Shown in pieces: positions 56,275-64,000 of a DNA stretch of 64,000 nt. Position numbers and translations under genes: made by a program. Each line of letters opens with the position of its first letter. Position 1 is the stretch's first letter. Origin of the DNA: a virus; IMG/VR virus record IMGVR_UViG_3300045988_175722, positions 1 to 64,000 of that record; one strand, 5' to 3'. The notes below the pieces were generated by a model, which was not told the DNA's origin, made no database searches, and worked only from the letters and a program-made list of their open reading frames with translations.

Positions 56275-56901
56275 ATGCAAAGTTTAATTCCAACCCTTAC
56301 CAGGTTTCTTGCAGCCATCATTGGCTTGTTGTGGTGTACACTGGAACCATCCCTTAACTACATCGCCGTATGCTTCTTCGCCCTTATCTGCGACTGCTAC
56401 ACGGCTTGGCGGTGCAACTGCCGCATCTATTCCCGCTATCGGGAGGCTATCAAGAAAGACCCTCGATGCAAAATCGACGGGAAACTGAAATCTAAGAAAA
56501 TGGCAAAGATGGTGAAAGATTTCTCCGTCCTCATCCTTGCGATATTCTTGGCCACGATGGTAGATACCGTGATACTCGATTTTCAGAACCCTTTCCATCT
56601 CGCCAACTATCTTGCTGCTATCTATTGTGGTGTGCAGCTCGTAAGTATTCTCGAAAACGAGAGTACCTGTAATGGGGCACCCTGGGCAAGAGTGATGCAG
56701 AAGATTGTGGCCGATAAAACCGAAAGGCACTTCAACGTGAAGCTGAAAGACTTGATGAAGGAAGAAGAGGAGGACAGCGAGAAAGAAGAGGTAAAGGATA
56801 AAGGTAAGGCAGATACAGATAATGCAGCCAAGCCGGATAATGGTGCAGATAAAGATGAGTGGATTCCGTCGAAATTAGGTGGAGATGCTTATGATATATA
56901 G
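56275..56901 (+). CDS. holin (phage_holin_4 / toxin-secretion holin-like)
   Basis: 208 aa with four hydrophobic helices. The signature VQLVSILENESTCNGAPW matches the E-x-x-S-I-x-E-N...G..P motif of that holin family. Highly charged C-terminal tail. Confidence 0.6.
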   Translation: MQSLIPTLTRFLAAIIGLLWCTLEPSLNYIAVCFFALICDCYTAWRCNCRIYSRYREAIKKDPRCKIDGKLKSKKMAKMVKDFSVLILAIFLATMVDTVILDFQNPFHLANYLAAIYCGVQLVSILENESTCNGAPWARVMQKIVADKTERHFNVKLKDLMKEEEEDSEKEEVKDKGKADTDNAAKPDNGADKDEWIPSKLGGDAYDI

Positions 56902-56963
56902 TGCCAACAACTCTTAATTTCTGTACGCCATCAGTTAATAATGTGTTAAAATCCTTTTGAATT

Positions 56964-57566
56964 ATGACAATATCAAATGTTTTGGAACACTGGGCTACGA
57001 TATACAAGCCCTTATCCCATGACCCGACAAGCAAGAAGCTGGAGGATCAGAGTTTCTTTCGCATTCGTGATATTGATGAGGAAAATATCTTTTCCCGAAA
57101 CGCCAATATCATTCACTCTCCCTGTATGCTCTATCGTGTAGTTAACTCCGGAGAGCTAAAATCGGATAAGCAAGCCCTGATTACCTATCAGGTCTGCTTC
57201 CTTACCCGACTGAAAGATTCCTCTGCTACGTTGGGCAGATATGATGGCAGCAAATTGCAGGCTGCATCGGATGATCTGATGGAGTATTGCGAAGACCTCG
57301 CCTCTTATCTCACTCAGCTTCGCCGCACGGGTATCTGTCCTATCACTGGCAGAAACTTCAAGACGGAAGAGCCTAAGTTGGGCATAGAGTTATCATCCGT
57401 CGATATAGAGAGTTTTGCCTATGGTGTAAACCCTCTTTTCCGTGGTCCGAGCTGGCTCCTCGCTGATTGCTATTGGCAGACCATCCGTCCGCTCTATAAC
57501 TTCCAATGCGGGAAGGAGCAGAAATATATCATTCCTGCATCAACAGAAGACGGAAAGGAGGGATAA
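56964..57566 (+). CDS. hypothetical protein upstream of the tape measure gene
   Basis: 200-aa ORF. Confidence 0.7.
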   Translation: MTISNVLEHWATIYKPLSHDPTSKKLEDQSFFRIRDIDEENIFSRNANIIHSPCMLYRVVNSGELKSDKQALITYQVCFLTRLKDSSATLGRYDGSKLQAASDDLMEYCEDLASYLTQLRRTGICPITGRNFKTEEPKLGIELSSVDIESFAYGVNPLFRGPSWLLADCYWQTIRPLYNFQCGKEQKYIIPASTEDGKEG

Positions 57567-57569
57567 GCT

Positions 57570-58124
57570 ATGCCTATCAGAACCCAACCCATCAAGTCGC
57601 CTTTTGCCCCCTTAAAAGAGGTGGCAGGTGTATATCTGAAGCAAGCCCTTCTTGATATAGAAGTTAACTTCAATACCCAGAAGATTTATCCGGTAGAGGT
57701 ATATCGTGGCTACGAGAAGGTGAATAAATATCGTGAGGAACACGGCATGTGGTACTCTACGGGTGAAGGCAAGAAATCCTTTGAGGGTACGGTATATCAG
57801 GCTGATGAAAAGACGGGTAATCTGATGGTAGGAATCCGTTATAACGATTATCTCCGCTATGTGGATATTGGTGTAGGTTTGACGGGTGATCCTCGTGACC
57901 CTGCAGCCCATATCACTGCCGATAAGGTGGACCGCTCGAAAAAAGCCAAGTTCAAAACCCGCTATATCGGCAAGTGGGATAGAAGGGCAGGTAAATCTCA
58001 CCGTCCTGCCATCATGCGAACCGTCCGCAGGTTGAAAACGAGATACGAAAACCATCTTGCCGATTACTACGGCTATCAAGGCTTGTTACAGATAATGAAC
58101 GCCCTGGAAGACAAAGGCGATTAA
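57570..58124 (+). CDS. hypothetical protein upstream of the tape measure gene
   Basis: 184-aa ORF that starts 3 nt after the previous stop. Confidence 0.7.
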   Translation: MPIRTQPIKSPFAPLKEVAGVYLKQALLDIEVNFNTQKIYPVEVYRGYEKVNKYREEHGMWYSTGEGKKSFEGTVYQADEKTGNLMVGIRYNDYLRYVDIGVGLTGDPRDPAAHITADKVDRSKKAKFKTRYIGKWDRRAGKSHRPAIMRTVRRLKTRYENHLADYYGYQGLLQIMNALEDKGD

Positions 58125-58130
58125 CCCATC

Positions 58131-58163
58131 TCGCCCCCGTTCCCGGTGATTCCATCGCCGGTC
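58131..58163 (+). repeat. HP32 hairpin element copy 9 (compensated stem variant)
   Basis: TCGCCCCCGTTC CCGGTGAT TCC ATCGCCGG TC. 6 nt after stop 58124. Confidence 0.85.
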
Positions 58164-58201
58164 TCATATCCCCCAAAAATAAACATTAAAAATAAAAAGC
58201 A

Positions 58202-61200
58202 ATGGCAAAGAATAAAACAGAGGCTATCATCACGCTCAATGGCCAGCAACCGCTCCAGGTACTGAAGCAGTTGCAGGAGGCTGCAGCGGGTATATCCGAG
58301 CAGATAGATGCGGCTCAGGCGAAGCTGAAAAACCTGAAGCCGAACACTGATCCATATAAAACGCTCGATGCCACCATCAAGGATTTGAAGAAGCAGTATG
58401 ATTTGCTGGCTTCTGCACAGATTAAGGATATAGCTGCCAATGAACGTTTGCAGAGTGTAGTGGACCAGCTTAGTAATACTTCTCTCCGCAATCTGCGCCG
58501 TGCATTGGGCGATGGCAAGCGTCAGCTCGAAGGTTTGTCGGAGGCAGAGCTGGAGCAGGCTAATTCCATCCGTGCGATGATGAAGGAAGTAGGCGATGAG
58601 ATACGTCTGCTCGAAGGTAAGTATGTGAAGATTAAAGAAGGATTGAAGGATGTTGATGAGCAATCCGACCAATGGCTCAGTAAGGCTCTTACTCAGCAGA
58701 GAGAACTCGTTTCCTCTTTAAAAAAAACCGATGCCAGCTATCAGTCTAATCTTGACACATTGAAACAACTGGAGGCGGAGGAGGATAGGCGCAAAGGCAA
58801 GATGAGTGTTTGGGAGGCTACTGGCATCGTTAACAGAAAGCACGCATCTGCATCTGATTTGCGCAGGGCAAAGACAACCCTCACGGAAGCTAGGGATAAT
58901 ACTGATTTATCTGATGAGAATAAGATTAATTCTTATAACGAAAGCCTTGCTACCATCGAAAAGCGTCTGGAGGCGGTTTCCGGTAAAGCTCAGAAGGCTT
59001 CTATGGATTCTATTACGCTCTTAAAAATTCTGAGTAACCCTAACGGACATCCTGCAGAAGATATTAAGGCGGCAATGGATGCTATTCAAAAGCAGATTCA
59101 AAAGTTGCCTGTAGGCTCACAGGAGGTGGCAAAACTCCGTCAGCAGTATGCTATGTTGGAGAAAGCCCTGAAAGGTACCTATCTTTCGCATAGTCAGCTT
59201 AATGATGTTATCGAGAGAGGAAGAAGGGGGAAAGCTTCTATCAATGAGTTGAAACAGGCTTACAATCAGCTTTCCGAAGAGTTGAATCAGTTAAACACCA
59301 AAAGCAAGGAGTTTAACGAGAAACAAAAAGAGCTGAAGGATTTAAAAAAGAATATCGATAATGCTACCGGGTCAATAAGCCAGCAAAGTAAATCCTGGCA
59401 GACGGCAGTGAAGAACCTTACGGCATACGTGGGTCTCTTCCAGGTCTTCAATGCTATCAAAGATACAGTTACTTCTGCTATCAAGAAAAACTTTGAATAT
59501 TCTTCGTCTTTGACGGATATTCGCAAGGTGTCCGGACTCACGATGCAGGATGTCAATAAACTGTCTGAGGAATTGGCTAAGATTGATACTCGTACTTCTG
59601 TTGATGGTTTGGCTCAACTTGCCTACCAGGGTGCAAAACTTGGTATGGGTAAGTATGGCGTGGAAGGTATGAAGCAGTTCGTAGCTGCTGCAGACCAAAT
59701 CAATGTAGCAATCGGTGAGGAGATGGGAGAGGAAGCGCTGCCGGCTCTGTCTAAGATGGTGGAGACGATGGGGCTTATCCCGAAGATGGGTATTGAAAAA
59801 GCGATGCTTGCTACGGGTTCGGCTATGTTCAAACTGTCTTCTACCTCTACATCTACATCTACTAATATCGTAGAGTTTGCCAAGCGATTAACCGGTGTGA
59901 GCCGTACTGCAGGTATCACTACCGACCAGTTGTTGGCTCTCGGTTCTGCATCCGATTCTCTCTTCCTGATGCCGGAGGTGAGTGCCACGGCGATGTCTAA
60001 GTTCATCGTAGCTTTGCAGAAGAATCATAACCTTATCGAGAAGGATTTGGGCATTCAGCAGGGTACTATCAAGAATATGTATGCCGCTGGCCATGCCATG
60101 GATGCCATCGTTCTTGTATTGGAGAAGATGCGTGACAAGGGCAACATGAATGCTCTTGGTGAAATCTTTAAAGACCTTGGTTCTGACGGACAAAGACTTA
60201 TTACTTCTATGGTAACTATGTCTAAGAACGTGGACGTACTGAAGGATCATCTCTATGAGTCTAAGGAGGCATTCGAGGAGGCAAGCGCTGTAACCAATGA
60301 GTACAAAATGCAGCAGCAGTCTGCTGCAGGTATATTGGATAGAGCCAACAACCTTTGGGAGAAGGCATTTGTCAACCCTGATGGCGTGGAGAGTGTAAAG
60401 GCTATGGCACAGGCTTGGTACGATATGTCGCAGATGATCTTGCAAAGTCCGGTGTTCAAGAATACGCTTCAGGCAGCCCTGTGGAGCGTGATAACTGCTT
60501 GCAAGGTATTTATAACCCTTCTTCCTCTTATCGCCAACTATTTCGCTGCTCTGGGTATTTACAAAACCGTTTCGTTTCTTTGGGAATTAGGCAAGGCTTT
60601 AAAAGCTGCAGCAGCTGCGCAAACGTTGTTTAATTCAGCAGCCAAGGTAAATCCTTATGTAGCTATTGCAAGTGCGATTCTTACCGCCGTAGGAGTGGTA
60701 TGGTCTTTTGCGGAAGCGAATAGAGAAGCTGCTGCTGCGGAAGCAGAGGCAACACGTAAAGCTAATTCCTGGAAAAAAACACTTAACGAGGCGGCAGTAG
60801 AAACGAGTAACCTTAACAAGAAACTCGATAATTATAAGCGAATGATGAATGAGGCGAACCTTTCGCAAAAGGAACGCCAAGGTCTCGTATCCAGATTCAA
60901 TCGGGATTTCCGCTCTTATATTGCTAATCTCGGTATAGAGATAAAGAATGTAAAAGACCTTCGTGACCATTATTCAGAGTTGGCACAGGAAGCGCAGAGG
61001 GCAACTTATTACCGTATGCGTGAGAAAGCCAAACAGCAGGCTTTGCCGAAATTTGATTCCGACAGAAACGCAGCTTCAAACGTTTTGATGGAAAAGGTTC
61101 GTGGTTTAGGTCTTGATAAGCTTGGAGTGTCTTTTCAGGATATAGACCGATGGGTCAGCAAGGGTGCAAGCGGTACCTCCGTGTTCTGGTACTTAGCTAA

Positions 61201-64000
61201 AAAACTGCCGAAAAATAAATCAGGCTTGATTAGCGGTGAAAATTGGAAAGTTGATAATAAGGGTTTCGTTTACCGCCAGGGTTATGACGGCAGAAAGATT
61301 TCTCCCTCTTCCAGTGACCCGCAAATGGTATTCAAACTTCGTGATTTGCTTTCTGCGTCTCGCTGGTACACAAACGCTACGCATCGTAGAGGCAATAAAG
61401 AAAAGGAAATTGAGAAGGCTTATGCGAATTGGGTTCCAGAAGGATATACTGATTATCCGGAAGAAAGTCCTGGCACTCTTGATAATAATGCACCCGATCC
61501 TGATGCTATCGCTGCTGCGAAGCGGGAGGCACGTGAACAGAAGCAGGCGTTGCGTGACCAGCAGCGTTCCTGGCGTGATGAGCTGAAGCAGAAGCAGGAC
61601 GAGGCGAGTGCTATCATGGATAACGTTCGCAACTTCTATGAGCGACAAATTAACGAGAAGCTATCCCAGGCAGTAAGCCTCGGAAGGGATGAGACAGAGC
61701 AGAAATTCTATATAGAACCGATAAAGAGACGTATGAATGAAGCTCTTGCTCAGGTGCGCCTTGCTATCGCTGGTCAGGCTAACACCTGGGAGGAGTTCAA
61801 GAAGACGATGGATAATGATCTTGTTGAGAAGACCGATGAGACTGGCGTGAATCTTTCTCAAAATCTCCTCGCTTCCATCCAAAAGAATAACGTCGATGCC
61901 CTGCGTGAGAAGATGGCTCAGTTGGGTAATAGTCTGAACCGCTCGATGAACTCCATCACGTCTGAAATCTTTGCCAAGGCTACCAAGAATCAGCAGAATA
62001 ATATAACGCTGGAGGCTCAACAGGCAGAAGCTCGGCGAAAGATAGCCCGAGAGCACAACTATACTGGAGCCGTGCAGCAGAGCATGTACGATGATTTCAA
62101 TCAGATGGGCTTCGCTAACCCAACCGGTTTTGAGCTAGCGGATGAGGAACGCGCAGAAAAACGCAAGGAGCATATCATCGCCATGTACGAGCAGGCAAGA
62201 AAGCAAATTGCCAACCTTTATACAGTTGATGTCAGCAGTAAAGAGGGTAGGGGATTGTTGATGCAGATGCTCTTTGGTGATGATCCTTATGCACTGGGTG
62301 CCCGTATTCAGAATATGTTGGGCGATAATGCGGAGGACTGGCATGTGTTCTATAATAAACTCATTCAGTATTCTGATGAATATACCGAAGCTCAGAAGAA
62401 GACCTTCGACCAGGCAAAGAAGATTGCCGAGCAGATGTGGAAGGTGAACCAGCGCAATCTTGCCAATCAGGAAGCCCTTCGCAAGATGCAGCAGGAAAGT
62501 GCGCTCTTCGGCAAGCGAACTAATATGTGGTCGAACCTTGGACTGGGTAATCTCACCGCTGACCCAGAGGTGGAGCTGATGAAGATGAAGATGCAGATGG
62601 CAGAAGATTACTATGCCTTTGTATTCAAGAACTCAAAGAACAAGCAGCTCCTCGATGAAGCTGACAAGGCTCGTCAGGAGGCAGAACTCGCCTACGTCAA
62701 CCAAATGGCTACGGCGATGAGGAACCGCCTTTCTCAGATGCAGCAGCTCGTGCAGCCTATCGAAACCTTCGGTGCAGAAGTAGGCAAGGCATTTGCCGAA
62801 ATGCGCAACGATGCAAAAAGCGCACAGGAGAGCATCAAGAACGCCCTGAAGTCTATGCTCGAATCGTGGGGTAACATGGCACTCAACGACGTGAATACGC
62901 AGATGTGGAAGGCTATCAATGATGCTGGCGCCAAGCGAGCCAAGAAGAAAGCACAACCTGGTATTGATGCAGCGAGAGCCAACGCTGATGCCAATGCCGT
63001 GAAGGAAGATTTCTCTCATCTCGGCACAAAGGCGAATCCGATGTATGTGCGACTGGTAGATGAGGGTGCATCTTATCTTACTCAGCAGCCGCAGTCTAGT
63101 TTCGAGAATATGAGTTCACGGCAGCAGCCTATCGGTTGGAATCCTGATGGCTCGCCTATCATGCCTGGCAAATCTCCTGTTGCGCCTGATAACACTCCCG
63201 TCGTGCCTTATGCGCCTACCGATACCAAGCAGCAGGGCACGCAAGAGCAGCAAAACGGTGCTCCTCATGCGTGGGCACATCGCAACCGAGACAATGCTAA
63301 TGCGTTCTACCAGGATGCAGCCACGCAAACGGGTGCAGCCGCAGCCGATGTTATCTCGGGCGGTAGCTCTTTCAATGATGCCGCAGCCGGTATCGCTGGT
63401 TCCTCCGTTGGAGGAATGATGAACACCGAGTTCAAAACTGGCGGCAAATCCAAGGAGGATAAGGAAAAAGCCGAGCAGTTGAAGAAGGAAAAGAAGCACC
63501 AGAAGGAGCTGAGTAAAGAGGTAAAGAAGGGCAACAAGGAACGTGAAAAGGTAACTACCCAGGGTGTTAAGAACATCACAGATGTAACCGCTGCCGGAAA
63601 CAAGGAGCAGAACGAGGGTACTAAGGTGACTTTGAATGCAGGTATGCAGATGACGGAAACGGCCCTTAATACCAACCTTGCAAAGACAAAGGAGAACAAC
63701 CAGGAAGTAACCGAGTCAGATGCCAGCCGCACGCAGGCTGAAATGACCTTCTCTATCGCTGGTGCGATGGCGAAGTGTTTCGAGTTCCTGGGTCCTATCG
63801 CTGGTCCTATTGCAGCCGCAGGCGTAATGGCCACCCTTATGGGCTTACTCCAGTGGGCACTCAACTCTGCCTTCAGCAGTGGCAAGAAAAAGAACACATC
63901 TTCTTCCACCAATACCAAGCTCACCTCCGGCATGCTTACCTACGATAGTGGTAACGTGCAGGATTTGAAGCCTTTCGTGGCCGATAATGGCGAGGTGTAT
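58202..64000 (+). CDS. tail tape measure protein (5' partial view, runs off the window)
   Basis: Not in the ORF track because no stop is reached. My hand translation from ATG 58202 stays open for 1933 codons to position 64000. The conserved TMP core is SSLTDIRKVSGLTMQDVNKLSEELAKIDTRTSVDGLAQLAYQGAKLGMG...AIGEEMGEEALPALSKMVETMGL. Hydrophobic segments occur mid-protein. All minus-strand ORFs here are shadows. Confidence 0.85.
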   Translation, partial: MAKNKTEAIITLNGQQPLQVLKQLQEAAAGISEQIDAAQAKLKNLKPNTDPYKTLDATIKDLKKQYDLLASAQIKDIAANERLQSVVDQLSNTSLRNLRRALGDGKRQLEGLSEAELEQANSIRAMMKEVGDEIRLLEGKYVKIKEGLKDVDEQSDQWLSKALTQQRELVSSLKKTDASYQSNLDTLKQLEAEEDRRKGKMSVWEATGIVNRKHASASDLRRAKTTLTEARDNTDLSDENKINSYNESLATIEKRLEAVSGKAQKASMDSITLLKILSNPNGHPAEDIKAAMDAIQKQIQKLPVGSQEVAKLRQQYAMLEKALKGTYLSHSQLNDVIERGRRGKASINELKQAYNQLSEELNQLNTKSKEFNEKQKELKDLKKNIDNATGSISQQSKSWQTAVKNLTAYVGLFQVFNAIKDTVTSAIKKNFEYSSSLTDIRKVSGLTMQDVNKLSEELAKIDTRTSVDGLAQLAYQGAKLGMGKYGVEGMKQFVAAADQINVAIGEEMGEEALPALSKMVETMGLIPKMGIEKAMLATGSAMFKLSSTSTSTSTNIVEFAKRLTGVSRTAGITTDQLLALGSASDSLFLMPEVSATAMSKFIVALQKNHNLIEKDLGIQQGTIKNMYAAGHAMDAIVLVLEKMRDKGNMNALGEIFKDLGSDGQRLITSMVTMSKNVDVLKDHLYESKEAFEEASAVTNEYKMQQQSAAGILDRANNLWEKAFVNPDGVESVKAMAQAWYDMSQMILQSPVFKNTLQAALWSVITACKVFITLLPLIANYFAALGIYKTVSFLWELGKALKAAAAAQTLFNSAAKVNPYVAIASAILTAVGVVWSFAEANREAAAAEAEATRKANSWKKTLNEAAVETSNLNKKLDNYKRMMNEANLSQKERQGLVSRFNRDFRSYIANLGIEIKNVKDLRDHYSELAQEAQRATYYRMREKAKQQALPKFDSDRNAASNVLMEKVRGLGLDKLGVSFQDIDRWVSKGASGTSVFWYLAKKLPKNKSGLISGENWKVDNKGFVYRQGYDGRKISPSSSDPQMVFKLRDLLSASRWYTNATHRRGNKEKEIEKAYANWVPEGYTDYPEESPGTLDNNAPDPDAIAAAKREAREQKQALRDQQRSWRDELKQKQDEASAIMDNVRNFYERQINEKLSQAVSLGRDETEQKFYIEPIKRRMNEALAQVRLAIAGQANTWEEFKKTMDNDLVEKTDETGVNLSQNLLASIQKNNVDALREKMAQLGNSLNRSMNSITSEIFAKATKNQQNNITLEAQQAEARRKIAREHNYTGAVQQSMYDDFNQMGFANPTGFELADEERAEKRKEHIIAMYEQARKQIANLYTVDVSSKEGRGLLMQMLFGDDPYALGARIQNMLGDNAEDWHVFYNKLIQYSDEYTEAQKKTFDQAKKIAEQMWKVNQRNLANQEALRKMQQESALFGKRTNMWSNLGLGNLTADPEVELMKMKMQMAEDYYAFVFKNSKNKQLLDEADKARQEAELAYVNQMATAMRNRLSQMQQLVQPIETFGAEVGKAFAEMRNDAKSAQESIKNALKSMLESWGNMALNDVNTQMWKAINDAGAKRAKKKAQPGIDAARANADANAVKEDFSHLGTKANPMYVRLVDEGASYLTQQPQSSFENMSSRQQPIGWNPDGSPIMPGKSPVAPDNTPVVPYAPTDTKQQGTQEQQNGAPHAWAHRNRDNANAFYQDAATQTGAAAADVISGGSSFNDAAAGIAGSSVGGMMNTEFKTGGKSKEDKEKAEQLKKEKKHQKELSKEVKKGNKEREKVTTQGVKNITDVTAAGNKEQNEGTKVTLNAGMQMTETALNTNLAKTKENNQEVTESDASRTQAEMTFSIAGAMAKCFEFLGPIAGPIAAAGVMATLMGLLQWALNSAFSSGKKKNTSSSTNTKLTSGMLTYDSGNVQDLKPFVADNGEVY

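Noticed and set aside
58121-63933. Numerous 60-208 aa minus-strand ORFs (for example 58121..58672, 59888..60445, 63307..63933).
   Set aside because: They lie antisense to one uninterrupted + strand frame with a recognisable tape-measure core. They are typical shadow ORFs of a long gene.

Overview
This window looks like about 64 kb of a Bacteroidota-type phage. The host assignment rests on the promoters (-33 TTTG / -7 TAnnTTTG) and the AT-rich, SD-less leaders. The phage also carries a plasmid-style maintenance core, so I read it as a candidate phage-plasmid. There are roughly 87 protein-coding genes, almost all on the + strand. Layout: (i) 0-4.2 kb holds a lipoprotein gene and two paralogous XRE/zinc-ribbon regulators flanking an antirepressor-like gene. 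(ii) 4.6-17.5 kb is a hyperplastic early region of small unknown ORFs, each preceded by one of two conserved leader cassettes. (iii) 17.6-22.6 kb holds a frameshifted fimbrillin-like lipoprotein, a centromere-like repeat array, parA, a small RHH-like parB/parG analogue, an iteron origin and rep. (iv) 24.5-34 kb holds an HTH regulator switch, a DEDDh exonuclease, a 660-bp ORF-free region, a 1226-aa primase-helicase, an SSB-like protein and a phage-encoded sliding clamp. (v) 35-50.6 kb is all unknown genes, including a 3-member paralogue family. (vi) 50.8-56 kb is a minus-strand operon with the large terminase and two DNA methyltransferases, one out of frame at a G9 tract. (vii) 56.3-64 kb holds a holin and the start of a tape measure protein of more than 1933 aa. 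I saw no rRNA, tRNA, CRISPR array, integrase or transposase. The most unusual signals are non-coding. First, a strand-locked 32-nt hairpin element is present nine times, twice in frame inside genes. Second, a 5' leader stem-loop shows compensatory substitutions in front of seven consecutive genes. Third, a fixed-distance TATTATAGAAC leader sits in front of at least 13 early genes. All functional calls come from motif reading by eye; no database search was possible.
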